NCBI GenBank assembly: GCA_000320545.1
Contig: ADNK01001134.1
Span: 17,229-81,228 of the forward strand
DNA length: 64,000 nt
Source: Bigelowiella natans CCMP2755
Taxonomy: Eukaryota; Protista; Cercozoa
Direction: 5' to 3'
The notes beneath the pieces are model-generated. The model searched no databases and was not told the origin of the DNA. It was given only the letters and a program-made list of their open reading frames with translations. Within the stretch, counting starts at the first letter, position 1. Every line of letters starts with the position of its first letter. The position numbers were made by a program, and so were the translations under genes. Shown here piece after piece: positions 50,221-64,000 of the stretch.

Positions 50221-52306
50221 TGAAATGATAGTGTGATGATGAGCATTGTTTAGGTATGTGATAAAGGGCCGAAGACACCCCGACGAGGTAGTATGAGTTC
50301 GTAATTGTTGATATATTTCAATTCAATCATATCTGAAAGAAAAGCAGCTAGTAATAAGCAATAGATTGCCATGTCACACACCCACGAAGTAATGATGCTC
50401 ATGATCTACTAACCGGAGATCGATGCTGCTCGAGCTATGGAACTTCACCATACTTATCATCATTAACATCATCATTATTATCATCATCACCTTCATCCTC
50501 CTCCTCCTCCTCCTCTGACAATGACGTATGGTTACTTCTAATAAAACAATAAGGTATATTTCTCCATTACTTTATACGGAGCAAATACCTTTGCTGGATT
50601 CGCAGATCGGTACTACTACTACTACTACTACTACTACTGCATCAAATAGACAGCCTCTCGTTCCACAGCCATGCTGCTGCAGTTGATCGATACTGTCATG
50701 TATGAGCTTAAGATACCGATAATGTGCAATGTTGGCCAGAGATTCCATCAAATATGGAAACACAACAATATAGGAGAAGGATCATCACCATCATCATCAT
50801 CATCTTCTTCATTATCATCACCACCATCATCATCATTATCACCTTCATCATTGCAAGAGCCTTTTTCTTCTTCCACATTATTTATCATTGCACAACTGCA
50901 TCCTCCTCTATCCTCCCCCCCCCCTCCTCCTCCTCGAACATAACGACAAGGGTCATCGGCGAGATGAATGACCGCAAACTAATCCCTTCTGCCCCCCCTC
51001 ACTCTGAGAAGAACACCAGCAGCGGCGTCAATGACGGTACTATATAGCCAGAGGAAGATGTACCGGTGGCCATATTCTTCGCCGCCCCCGTGAATGCTTT
51101 TTATCTTGAGCACGTAGTAGTAGTAGGAGGAGGAGGAGGCTCTGCTAGCTTGTCGCCTTCTTGCTGGGTGCGACATGGTGAACGAATGTGTTTCTGTGCT
51201 CTTTCTAAAGAGGAGACGCATCGTACTACTTTGAGTTGTACATTACTCCGGAAAGGCCGGTTAGTGATAACAGTGACAGCAGCAGCAGCAGTAGTAGTAG
51301 TAGTAGTAGTAGTAATGATACAGCAGGAGATGAGCGAAGCAAACGTACCCGTAGTGCTAGCATGCCCCCCCCCCCCACAACCACACAGAGAAGGAGGCGT
51401 CTGGTGTCACATGCAGGGAACCAAGCACATATTATTAAACACAATGTTGATGTCTTTATTTCGAGTCTCTCCTCGGTATCTTCTTGAGAATTGCATCATC
51501 CTCTGCTCCTTTGGGCAGGTAGGATCACGAAACTGGCTGCGGTTGACACCGAACGTGACCTGTGTTATTACGCGGCACTATTTCGAGCGGGTAATAACCT
51601 GCTGTGTAGCCAAAAACACGGCGGACTTCGGGCAGATTATGATTAGCAATGATGATGATGATGATGGTGAGATGATGGTGATGATGGTGACGATGATGAT
51701 GATCCTGTCCACGCACAGCCATCTTACACTACTGACTACAACAATTCGTAATGATACGCATTATTGAGCACCACTGCTTGCTGGTCGCGACGATGTTTGC
51801 GACTTGTGAGAGGAGAGAGGAATGAGGGGGGGTACGGTTGAGCACGAGCACAACCCATTGATTCCACGTACTTCCTATCGATGCGCGCACTAACACTTGC
51901 ATGCATACATTTGGCTCCCCCCCCCCCATCCCCCTTTTTTATGAACGTAAGGTCGGAACTCCAGCTGCTGTGGACCCGACGGTTGAGCGTCGGATCGATA
52001 TGAGGTGCGGTAGTAGTGGAATAGGCGACATAAATTAGAGTGAATTGTGTTTAAGAGAGGTGGGGCATAAAAACGCAGGCAGCACTAGCCAAGCATAGTC
52101 AATGTCTGTTATTCTTGGCGTGTGTGAGCGGATTTGCTTCCTGACGAAATCTGCAGAAGTTGTTTTTTAAGAATCGGTAGTCCTTCCTAGTGATCGACAT
52201 CGCTATCATCATCATCATCATCATCATCATTTTGTTGGAGAGTTCTATAATTACTTTGCCATTGTTATAATCATCGATCGCTACGCACTATCTATTCTCT
52301 CTTTCC

Positions 52307-52363
<57 letters not shown>

Positions 52364-52484
52364 TCACTCACACACACACAAACAGTATCTCAAATCTGGG
52401 CCTAAATGCTGGAGCTCAGCCGCAATCCCCTCTCCCTGACCTCGAGATGTCGCAACGACTGAAACTTGTGGTAGGAGGCCATGC

Positions 52485-52526
<42 letters not shown>

Positions 52527-53301
52527 TCTCTTTCTTGCACTAATCGGAGCATAATTGAACAACCAAGACGCCATCTCTAATCAGGAGGAATTTGTGCGCG
52601 AAAGGACCGTAGGAAGGCCCAAGCAAGATCCAACCAAGGTAAAAAACGTCTCCACCATCATCGTAATACCCGCTGTCGCGCTCATCACCATCATCACCGT
52701 CACCATCATCACCATCATCATCATCACCATCATCATCTTCATCATATTTCATCGTCGAGCCGTAGCGAATTAGTGACGTATAATGGCGGATAACAACCTA
52801 CCTCAGGCCCCTCCTTGGTTTTCGTTTCAACCGAATACAATAGGGAAGCCCGCGATGTGGGGGGGGGAGGGGAACAACGACGATGGAGGCATGGGGGCAG
52901 TCGATATAGCTTACGCGGCTGGTAGTAGTTGTATTATTATTATAGCATGATGCGGTTATGTGGTATATGTAGCTTCTAGCCTATTTATTTTTATTTTTTA
53001 TTTTTTTTTTGAATGGTGGTAAGTAGTAGGGTTTGTTGTGTTTTTCCTTCTCCTTCTACGTCTCCTCCTCCTCCCTCCTTCTTCATCACGAACCAACACT
53101 ATGTGCGTGTAGGTTTCTTCAAATTGGAGGAGGGCCAGTCGATAGAGCTGACGGGGAAGATCCCAAAATGTACTACTACTCCTACTACTACTACTACTAC
53201 TACTACCACTGCAAACAAATATGCCCTCATGATTCGAATGTGCTTACAGTGCAGAAAACCAAAATATTCTTGTCATCATCACCTTCATCACCATTATGAT
53301 T

Positions 53302-53336
<35 letters not shown>

Positions 53337-53517
53337 TAATATTCACAAGAAAAACACTATCAAACAACCAGGTGCGTTTGCAAATGTCGTGCTATGGAAT
53401 CGGTAGTAGTAGTAGTAGTAGAAGTAGTAGTAATAGTAGTAGTTCTTATTCGTGTTGTTCTTCTTGTGCTCTGCGATAACAGACAGCTCCATATCTATGA
53501 TTGTGCGACACTGAAGG

Positions 53518-53553
<36 letters not shown>

Positions 53554-53655
53554 CCCCCCCCCCCTCCCCCCCCTCTAGCCCTCTTCTCTCTTACAGATGC
53601 AGATATTTCTTATGCCTTCACACACCCGCGATTGAATAGCTCATATATGATGGTA

Positions 53656-53687
<32 letters not shown>

Positions 53688-53787
53688 CAGGTTTCTCCAG
53701 TCGCTGGATTACGAGCACCGTGCCGTCTCCCTCAATCGGAAGTGATGACGCTAATCTTTGGCCTTTTCGTTTTCATTATTGTTATTC

Positions 53788-53822
<35 letters not shown>

Positions 53823-54035
53823 AGGTAGTAGTAATAGATTCGTTGTTCCATTTCTGCCCCCTCTACCACCCTGTTTATAAACAACGGCCGCTCATGTAGC
53901 ATCAGCAAGAGTGTATGCTACTTTCGCAGAGAATAGTCTTGATTGTAAAGCCGTTGTATAGAACTTTACACCATTCTGTTATCAACACCTTCATCATCAC
54001 CTTCATCGGCCTCCTCATGATTATCATGATCATCA

Positions 54036-54077
<42 letters not shown>

Positions 54078-54177
54078 ATATGACTAAAGGCAAATGACAT
54101 TGTCTACCGAGGGGACTTACAAGATCTTACTTTCTTCCGCACCCCCAAGTGAGGGGGAAAATGAAATATAATATATT

Positions 54178-54216
<39 letters not shown>

Positions 54217-54271
54217 TTAATGGAGAATAGTCGTCTCACATTATATTCATTCTGGATGAATATTATAATTA

Positions 54272-54312
<41 letters not shown>

Positions 54313-54824
54313 AATATTCTATATTTTATATTTGTATATTTATGTTTGTGTGTGTATGTGCTATAATAATTATCAAAAAGATAACAGCAGCTGGGATTGG
54401 CTCGATTCCGAAAATAGAAAAGGTGCATGATTGCTTGATGATCTCTACTGATTTATGCACGAATTTACTTCCGTTTACTTCCTACGACGACGACGATTTC
54501 AAAGGCAGTAGATAGTGCTCGTGATTGCATCTATTTTATTATTCCCCAATAACTGATGTTACTGCTGATGTTATGTGTATTTATGCTAGCGGGCAGTATT
54601 CAACTAATCTTCACCAAATTCTTTTGTTTTGCAAATAAGCGTTTACTCCATGATTCGGATATCTCCCTGTTTTACATTTCCCCCTGCTTGTTACTGTGAT
54701 TGGTGCGGGGATTTCTCATTTTAAACATCAATATGCATCAGGAGGCATAATATTCTGGCGGTTCATATTGCCCACTGAGGACATCGAAACACCACAGATT
54801 AGAATCATTGAAGCCGCCGATTAA
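47724..54824 (+). CDS. DUF1214-family (bacterial-type) protein with signal peptide, more than 20 small exons
   Basis: MRLTVSILLAVVAAVLLP; VSPTRKLMGDNP|DALYYFAPI; YVIKG; VYFSITLY; NWLRLTP..ITRHYF; AYAA|GFFKL; CAFANVVLWN|RFLQSLDYEHRAVSLNRK; DWLDSENR|GGIIFWRFILP. Stop TAA at 54822-54824. Confidence 0.75.
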
Positions 54825-55587
54825 AAATGCTATAAATGAGTTTTGCTCCTTCGGGCAGCAGTCTAGCAGTCAGATGGGCCTTCGATGTTGATGATGATGA
54901 TGTAATAATTTCGTTATTCACTAGTTCATTTCATAGAAATGCATAATCTAGTAATAATCGCAATTATACAATGCTCTGGTGCTGGTGGACACATGCAGCA
55001 AATAATGTGATGCTTTGCACGACGTGCATCGAGGCATGTTTATGTGCGTACACTCATAAGTTGGGAATATGTCACGAATAGCTAGATAGCTATATGCATA
55101 AGCGCATGGTAGCACTATAGAGTCATATGTGTTATTGCCAACATTTCTGAATTATCACACTGCTCATCACGAATGGGTACTCGCTGCTAGCTAGTGCACC
55201 AACCTAGCAACCACAACGTACGCACATAACTAGATAATAAAGCGCCATCGTAGCGCTTTTGCCTTCATGAAGCCTTTGACCGCCCCATCTTAATAAACAT
55301 TTAGCTAGCAGTAGCCTTGCTAGCATGCTGCATTGCTATAGATTGTGCTGAATCGTGCCACATCTCTTTGCTCTGCACATGTACACAACATACAGCAGAA
55401 CACTACTGGTGTTACGTTATAATGAAAACATCAACCGTAGACTTTATTTCAATTTATTGCCGAATAATAAAATAGAGCGATGTTGCTTGCAATGCAGCTT
55501 TGAATGGTGTTTTCGATACAAATCAATGGCTGCTGCTGCTTTACTGGTGAGAGCAAATTCTCACTGCAGTTTTACCACTCATCGACC

Positions 55588-56608
55588 CTATTTACGAGTT
55601 GATCTGCCTTGCCCCTTCTTGTTCCCTCTGTGTTGCATTAGGGAAAACACGCGAACAAAGTAAGAAATAAATGACAAATAAATGACAACGCAATACCGCA
55701 GATATCCAAGAAAAATACTAAAATTTCATTGCAATATATCATATACCTTCTTTTCTTATTCGAGGTGTTTCCCCCCCCCCCCGGTTTGTTATTCCTCTTC
55801 TTGTTGCTGTTTACTGTGGGATCCCATCCCGACATATCTGCTGATGACTCAGCCGTGTTTGACCTGTAGCGCTTCTTCTTTCCGCCAAAGCCAAACCTGA
55901 CGTATAGCGTATTATGATTAGGCCGCGTGGTATCGAGTCATCACTAAGAAGAAATAAATGGCCGACACTAAAGAGTAGGCTGCTGAGAGGCGAAAAGAGC
56001 TGCGGGCACGATCTATTCTAACAGCAATTATCTAATATTTCTTACTTCTTATCTGCGAGCTCACGCTTCTTCGATTTCCTGCCTTGGCCTCCTCTGCCGC
56101 CCCCTCCCCTTGTGTTGGTGCCATCTTTGCTGCTAAGCCATCCCATTTGCATTCTGCCATACGAATATATGATCCTGTAAACAACTCGTTGGATGATAAC
56201 TAACTAGGATAGAGAGAGAGAGAGAGGGGGGGGGGGGGGGTTGGTGTTCTCCATGCGATCCTTTAAGTTTTCAGCAAACTTTCATTTTTGGCATTATGTG
56301 TGTGCTTTCGCTGTCATTCTTATCAATTATTGGCCACTACTTACTTTTCATTCGATTCCCCGGATGAACCCATCTTCTTTATGTCCTCGAGCTCCTTTCT
56401 CTTCCTCTTCGCTTTTGCTTGCAGCCGCTTAAAGGGGACTTGCTTAACGTATTTACCTGCTTCTTTCTGGCAAAAAATGATTTGTGAGCATTTTGTGTTA
56501 CAATTTTCATCACATAATAGATAGCACCATTATAGTATCCCCACCCCCTCTATTAACATGATCATTCCTTTGCACACAGAGCGGCGGCCGTAAAGAAGAC
56601 GAGATGGA

Positions 56609-56648
<40 letters not shown>

Positions 56649-57815
56649 CATATTCCGAACCACAATGTTGTGCCCTTCCTGTTTTATTCTTCTTTGTCAT
56701 GTGCATCGATAAAGGAAGTTCGTGTACAAGAATTTCGCTTATTTTTGCAGCAGCAGTCAACGCATCTGGCCATGATTCAGGGAGAAACCTCTTTGATTCG
56801 GTTTGCGGTCGCATCCATCTTCTTACGCTCCACTAGGAGCTTTGCCTTGACCTGGTGGCAATGAAGAAATGATGACGACGATATTGGTAGAAAAGGCCCA
56901 TTTTAAATCACAATGGTACTTCTTTACAGAAGGAAAAATGAAAATGCTGCAAATTATCAATCCCAGATGAATAGAGAGCATGAATCTCTTCCCGTCTTCT
57001 TCTTTATCTTCTCCTTCTATTACCTTAGCCATATGAGCATCGGTCTTGACCATTTCTGCATAGAAATCCTCTGGTCTCTCGAACGGTATGTTCATCTGCT
57101 TGAGGTTTTTTAGGCATATCTTCGCTGCTTTCAAACTTTCGGTGTAGCTGTATAAGAAGAAAACACAAACACATATTGCGTATATGAGGACGTTTCCTTC
57201 GTAATACAGACGCAGTAACTGCTTTAATCCATTTCTCCATATACCAACGCTTCTTCCCCCCCCCCAAAAAATAATGTTTTCCTCCTGCACCTATCGACGA
57301 AAAGACGCGAAACACGAAGTACTCACAATGCAGCCTCCCTCTTTAAATCGTCATGAACATCTTCGAGCTCCAAAGGCTTCGTGCTAGTCACTGCTAGACT
57401 TTCGACCCAATGGAATTGTTCAGGCAGCTTTATATCTCTAAGCTTGCTCTCGAGGCCGAGCTGGTTATTGGATAATGCACGTGTCGTGTTAGCAAAATCA
57501 ACAGGACAAAGCAGATTGTTTGGCTGTCGTTATATTGCGTTAGAAATTATGCAATGCACCACACACAAGAGTCTCTATTTCCCATTCTTTCTAATATAGT
57601 AGCGTGAGAGATGGCGACTATTGTTGTCTCATTGCAGCTGCTGCTTTACACGCACTGCCCTATTTGTCTCCATCCGAATCGTCACATTCCTTGAACTAAA
57701 TCTACGCTTATGTCGTCAGTGGTTACCACGTCGATCTTGTTCTTTTTGGTAGCCGGTTTCGATTTTTCAGTATCTAGGAGACACAAAATCATCAAGTGTG
57801 AATTATATATGTACA

Positions 57816-57852
<37 letters not shown>

Positions 57853-58066
57853 GTGCGTGCGTGTGTGTGTTTGTGTGTGTATGTGTGTGTGCGCGTGCGT
57901 GCATGCGTGCGTGTGTGTTATACACAGAAAAGGAAATGAGTGTCATAAATTTCGGTAAATTTTGAACAGCTGCACCTCCATCATTATCTGAATCTCCTTC
58001 GTTTTCTTTCAGCTTCGCAAGCAAGGCCAAATCGTCATCTTCCTCGCTATAGTCGTCTGCTCCCAT
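55588..58066 (-). CDS. EBP2: rRNA-processing protein EBP2 (EBNA1BP2), multi-exon
   Basis: WVESLAVTS..VHDDLKREAAF|YTESLKAA..IPFERPEDFYAEMVKTDAHMAK|VKAKLL, with an acidic N-terminus and basic C-terminus. Confidence 0.9.
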
Positions 58067-58433
58067 GATGCTCTCTTCAGGCTGAATGCTATGCTTCTGT
58101 CAAATGGCAGAAATTCGTGTGGTTTTTGTTGTTACAGTTTATTCTCCTGTTTCCTTTTCCCTCCTTATGGCTACTGAAGCATGCCCCCCCCTCGGCGATT
58201 TGGTTATTATGACGCTTATTAATCTCCGACGACGGGAGTAACAGTAAGACTTAAGAACATCGAACAATTTCCTTGTCGTATGTGGCAGTTTAAGGACAAT
58301 TATAGTCTTCGACATGCCAGAACTCATTCAGTAAAAATGCAATTTTTAAGCATTGTCGCTGATGTACAATGTCGAGCATTTTTGAGATAACTCTCGCCAG
58401 AACGACACAACGCAGTGAAAGGGAGCAAGGACG

Positions 58434-59727
58434 ATGGGCTTCCCGCCCTCTCCAGCAGCGCGCAACTTTCTCGCCCTGCTCATTTCGTCTTCACTGGCTC
58501 TTTGTGTGGCTTCTAGTCGATCAGCTGTTCGGATACAATTTGAAGAATCATTCCCCCTCGATGAAATTCGCAACGTAGTACTAAGTACATTGCATTGCGC
58601 AACTTGAGAACTCCTATTCTCGTGCGGACTGTATCTTATCTTTAAGTAATGTCATGAAGGTATAACTTCAAATGTCGGATGATAATGTCTATGGTGTAGG
58701 CTAAGTCGACTCAGATGAAGTTTGAGCGCGACCTTGTTCATCAAGTAAGAAGGGCAGTTTAATTGTTTCAAAGGTTATGCTCATCGGGTACTGTTTTCAT
58801 CTCATATTCTTCAGCTGAGCTCCGTTCTCGAAATATCGGAAGATGCTGTAAATGTTCAATCTGTGAGTTGGCGTGATTCAGCCGTACGAGTAATATATCC
58901 TAAATTTACGGAAATACATACTCCTCCATATTATTAATTCGTTGCCCTGATTCCCAATTTCCCTAACTATTTCAGCTAACTTTCTCTGAAAGCGAAATCG
59001 GCCGGACAACGGAAGAGATTGCTCGCGAACTCGACAATCACCGCCTTGATCCAAATAGTGACCTTTGGTTAAAGTCCGTCACATCATACCTTGACGAAAG
59101 AGTCCCGATAACCTCTGTGAGCATTGTAACTCAAAGCTCGGCGATATGGGAGGATGAATCGACATTCTTGATGGAGAACATGGTGAGAACATGACCTTTG
59201 TTAAAATTAATTTGGGATCGCAATGCAGAAAGAATTATGCTCCATCTTATCTATTCAGCTCCCCACTTCAGCCATCTGGGATTTAGCAAACATTAAGCTG
59301 GGTACTAATTTTCAAAAAAATAGAATTATAAAATTTCTCCAGACTTAGAGTAATCAAACGAACGATATACCTTTTAAAAAATAATATGTTGTCTTACTGG
59401 CGAATAGGCTACACAAAGCGAACGTTGTTGTTGGCTGCCTCGATAGTTCTTCTGGGGATTTTTTACGTATTATGCCTTCCAAAGACGCGATTTATTCAAG
59501 TGCAGGGAACAGGGAGATCTATAAAAATTAGCTCAGGTGATGATCACGGCCCTGGGCAAGGTTCCCCGTATAAAGATATAGTAAGTTTGTTTACTTTTAT
59601 GGAGAAAATGGTTGAAGATAATTTCCAATAATTTTTGTTGCAGATCAATTTTTACACCGTGAGAAACCGAAAGCGTTATTCTAAGGATAAGCCACCAACT
59701 CCGCGACGATTAGATTCAAGTTTATGA
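58434..59727 (+). CDS. Small type I membrane protein (signal peptide, SEA-like ectodomain, TM, basic tail), function unknown
   Basis: Exons: MGFPPSPAARNFLALLISSSLALCVAS..|AKSTQMKFERDLVHQ|LSSVLEISEDAVNVQSV..|..ELDNHRLDPNSDLWLKSVTSYLD..|..LLLAASIVLLGIFYVLCL..|INFYTVR..SSL*. Confidence 0.55.
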
Positions 59728-60817
59728 GAGCTTTTCTGCTTAAACATAGCAGCCAGATGTGCAAAATATGAAATGTAAATTAAAAATGTTATGGACGGCC
59801 CATCTCTACATCGCATCTAGACATGTGCATCGCATGCACTAGTGCAGGCAATGATGATGGCACGAGAAGTGCCTCAAATAACTAGATGAAGTGTCACAAA
59901 GCTTCAATGTTGCACCGTCAACATCCTGCACATACATTGTGCCGACCAGCCTACTCTCTAGCTCTAGCTAGCATGATAGACATGCAATACACAATAGTGT
60001 ATTGCTGTGTCTATTATTAGCTAGTACTTACTAAGAAAAATTGTTCGCTAGGCTAGTAGGCGCTCCGTCATTTAGATCATGTCTGCTGGACGCAGCTACG
60101 GCAGGCACAATTTCTTGTGCGTGGCTGCGCTTCATTTTATTTTCTCTGATGCAAATCATCTAGGTCGTCGTCGTGATCTCTGTGAGTTCATTCTAGCGCA
60201 TTGCAAAATCACGCTAGCTGCGCATGCAGTGCACACTAGAACAGCTAGACAGGCACAACCGCAAGCCAACAACTAGACAACGAACGCCACTGCAAGAGCA
60301 AGCGTGTGAGTTTTGTTAAGGAAGTTTATGGAGAAGCGAGAAAAGTTTCGATCGAACTTCGAGCGGTGGCCCGAAGCGGTTCTCACATGCTGCATGACGC
60401 AGATGATCCCAGATTTTTGTCTGAAAGAATTCTGCTCTTTCATGATTGATGCCATCGATTTCAGCATTTCTCGATGTCACAAGCATGTGAGCTGATCAGG
60501 TTGTCTTTAAATTGAAGGTAAGTGCAGAGAACTAAGACCCCCCCCAACTAGCCAAGCACAACGCAAATTCGTAGGGGGAGCGTTGAATGAATGTTGGGTT
60601 CCCTGACCTGCCTTTCATGAAAGAGAACCCGTCACTAACCGACAGTAACGACTCATTTTATCTGATTTGAATTCAAATACAAAGCCTCAAAAAACGGAGA
60701 AAACGAATCGTTTTTGTTGTCGCAATCACTAAATCGCTGGAAATACTTGTTCTCTTGGCTAATGTTGATGAACACCACGGTCTTCATTTTCATGTTGACT
60801 GCACCATCCCTGTCTGC

Positions 60818-62469
60818 ATGATGATGACTGAAGGTTCTCGGCCTAGGAGGGGGAGGAGAAGGAGGGCATCGCACCAAACTGTAGCACCTCTCCTGGTGCT
60901 GTTACTGGTAGAATCGTGTGTCTCAGGCACGTACGCAAAGCAGCAGGCCGCCCCTCTCCCAACGTCGCTTTCGCGAGGTGCTTACGGCCGCCCAGCGAAG
61001 ATATGTCATCCCCGTTCAGAATGTCCAGAATACGAGCTGCTGTACAAATACGTCGAAGAAAACAAGATAGAGAAGTACGATCTCGCCATCGCAGAGTTCC
61101 ATGGGCCAATGGAGGGCATTCGATACCGTGGCCTTGTGACTGTGACGCCAAAGCGGAAAGGCGATTTGCTAATCAGGGTGCCTCTAGAGGCCATGATCTC
61201 TCGTACCTCCGCGGTTTCGTCGTCCATTGGACCCTTACTTCAGGCCTTAGAAAAGGTAAGTTTTCGTAAAGAAATGAAGTGGTGGTGGTGTTAGATAGAA
61301 ATCGATGTGTCGCTAATAATAAACATGCATATCAACATCATATCGTTTACCATTCAAAGTAATTATAAAAAAGAACTTTCGTTTTAATGTAGATTACCGG
61401 CCCTAGGATTGTGCTTTCCTTGTATCTCCTGTACGAATATTTTGAGAAGCAACGAAGAGAGCAGAAATCGTCGAGATTGGAAGGCTACTTCGTCAGCCTG
61501 CCCGGGGACATCAACAGCCTCCTCTCCTTCTCCGATGACGATATGGCTGAGCTCCAATGTCCAAGCGACGATGCTTGCCCAGGTGATGTTCAGAATAATC
61601 TTAGTTATGTTGGTAATTATGTGCTGCTGCTGCTGCTACTGATGATGATGATGATGAAGATAACGAGGCCAGTTGGCGGAAACAGTACGCTTGATAAGTG
61701 CAAGCGAAAGCATTAATTTATGTACGATGCTGATACACTTGGCGATTGCGATCATCCGACAGGCTTGGCGGGAGTTTCTCTCGCTCGTAAAGAGGCTCTT
61801 GCTCATCTGCAAAAGACGCACGAGGTCCTCACCCCGTCGCTGACCAAAATGGGGGTCTTCCAAGCAGAAACGCTATCGAAGGAGAACCTTACTTGGGCAT
61901 ACAGCATGGTTCGATCAAGGTGATGTATATACATGTATATGTATATGATACAAATTGCTTATTTCTTTATTCAAAGTATTGCCAGAATAAACGAGTGATG
62001 AAACCCCCAAAAAATATGGCCAATACTATTGTATTCGGCAGTCGCAAGCGACGTTGAGTTGGATGATTATATATTGGAACGTATATTTGCTAATTTCTGC
62101 ATATGGGTAGGTCCTTCTCACTTAGCCCTGACAACGACACGATATTGCAGCAGGTGAATGCGTTTGTGTGTATATTCAGGGGGAGGGGGAATGGGATGGA
62201 AGTTTTTTATTTTCAATTTCTTTCTGCTTTTTATTATTAGATGTTATTTTGGAAACGGTGTAACTACCTATCTACCTATCTCTTACTCCTCCTCCTCCTC
62301 CTCCTCCTCCTCCTCCTCCTCCTCAATCGCCTTGTCTGTTTATCTCTTATATTCATCTGCCAGGGCTTTCTTATGGCGCCCTTTGCGGATCTGGTCTTAG
62401 CCTCACCACCACCACAAACAACAACAACAACAAGAACAATAGCAGCAGTCACACAGCCAACAACTCATC

Positions 62470-62559
<90 letters not shown>

Positions 62560-62920
62560 ATAATGAATGTCGCTTTTCTTCTCCCACAGATCAACCACCA
62601 CAACATCGGCCCCCTCACCGAGCAGCAATATGCGTACAACGTCACAACGAAGACACTGGAAATCAGAGCTGATCAGGAGTGAGTCGTAGCAAGCTGCTGA
62701 ATAATGATGATGATTATGATGATGATGATGATGATGATGATGGTGATGATATGTTGATGATGATGGTGGCAATGATACAGATAATAATCATATTGGCGGT
62801 GATGACTTGCAGAAGAGCTTATGATGGATATTAATGATGACAACAAGTGTGAGAGAGGAAAGGAGTGATGAGATGGATACATTCCCTTGAAAATACTGCC
62901 ACCACAGCATAGCACGCGAT

Positions 62921-62959
<39 letters not shown>

Positions 62960-64000
62960 TAAAGCGCAAGCATATATTAGAACATTCGTAATAATAATAA
63001 TGACAATATTGCCTTTCCGTTATTGATTGGATGGGTGTGATTTTGCAGCTACGCAGGGGGGGAAGAGGTATTTATTTCGTACGGGGCTTTGAGCAACCCG
63101 CACCTGCTACTGAATTATGGTTTCAGTCTCCCGGACAATATCTTAGAATCTATCGGCCTCAAGGTAGGAAGGGGACGCATTTCATCGATAATTGATATAC
63201 CATCATCATCACCATCATCATCACCCCCACTATCATCATCACCAGGTTTCTCTCGATGAGTCCGACCCAGAAATGCGTGTGAAAAGAGGCATCGTCTCCA
63301 AGATTCTTGAGCACAATCCAAACGCAACAGAGGCCCGCCTAACGCTCTCTGGGGATCTGCCTTTGGACTTCATCGATGTGAGGAGGATGATGAAGAAGAT
63401 ACACGAAATAGCAAAATCAACATAAACAGTGTAGTGTGTGGAATGCATCCTTGCTTTGACGATGGAGAGAGGAAGAACGAGCACGTATGATGATGGATTT
63501 GAGAAAGGGATGAGACATTTTGAAGATGAGACGTTTTGTTTACTTGATGATGCTCTCAGGTGCTTCGCCTTAAGCACGAAAGGAACGTCGAGGCCAAGAT
63601 TCAGGCCCTCCGGCGTAATAGCAGCAAGAGCACAGGCGAAACGGAGGGGGGGGGGGAGAAGAAGAAGAAAGAGAAAGAGGAAGGGGTGGAAATCGTTGAT
63701 TTAGCAAAGGATATCATGGAAAAGGAGGAGGAGGAGAAGAAAAAAAAGGAAGGGGGAGAGGAGGAAGGCCGAAATGACACTTCTAAAGCCAGCAAAGAAA
63801 TACAGAGCGACGGGGAGGGCAAAGCAGAAGATATACCAAACAAGCAGCAGAGTGATGAGGGGGAGGACAAGGAGAGCACCCAACGAAAGAGGAGGAGAGA
63901 ACGGAGAAGAAGGAGAAGAAGAAGAAGAAGCAGCAGCAGCACAACAAAAAGAACAACAAGAAGAAGGACGAGGAGGAGGACCAGAAGGAGCGGGGAGGGA
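60818..64000 (+). CDS. SET-domain lysine methyltransferase (Rubisco LSMT/SETD3-like) with N-terminal hydrophobic segment; truncated at window end
   Basis: YRGLVTV..KGDLLIRVP; YFVSLP; WAYSMVRSR|SF; MAPFADL|INHH; YAGGEEVFISYG..SN..LLLNYGF. Confidence 0.88.

Overview
Eukaryotic nuclear DNA: gene-dense, intron-rich and full of microsatellites, so most short ORFs in the track are low-complexity noise and I assembled the gene models by hand from GT-AG exons. A green-lineage Y3IP1 homologue with a signal-peptide plus transit-peptide presequence points to an alga with a secondary green plastid, most consistent with a chlorarachniophyte (inference). About 15 host genes lie mostly in alternating orientation: METTL21-like methyltransferase (+), RAD1 (-), acyl-CoA dehydrogenase (+), globin-less androglobin (-), Rab11 (+), GH5 glucanase (-), Zeta-toxin-like kinase (+), adenosine deaminase (-), HSL-family pseudo-esterase (-), helix plus DUF3427-like protein (+), Y3IP1 (-), DUF1214 protein (+), EBP2 (-), small type I membrane protein (+) and a SET-domain methyltransferase (+, runs off the window). 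A very young full-length Ty3/Gypsy-type LTR retrotransposon lies at 30925-36638 (identical 326-bp LTRs, TCCA target-site duplication). Best leads: (1) its integrase has D(27)E spacing and ends in a degenerate Dam-like (DIRS-type) adenine-methyltransferase-like domain; (2) a gene joins a CDCA7/WDR76-type helix to a DUF3427/SRA-like modified-DNA-reader fold; (3) palindrome-rich (CTAG/CATG/TGCA/AGCT) blocks follow every gene 3' end, and the retroelement inserted into one. All family calls come from motif recognition by eye; no searches were run.
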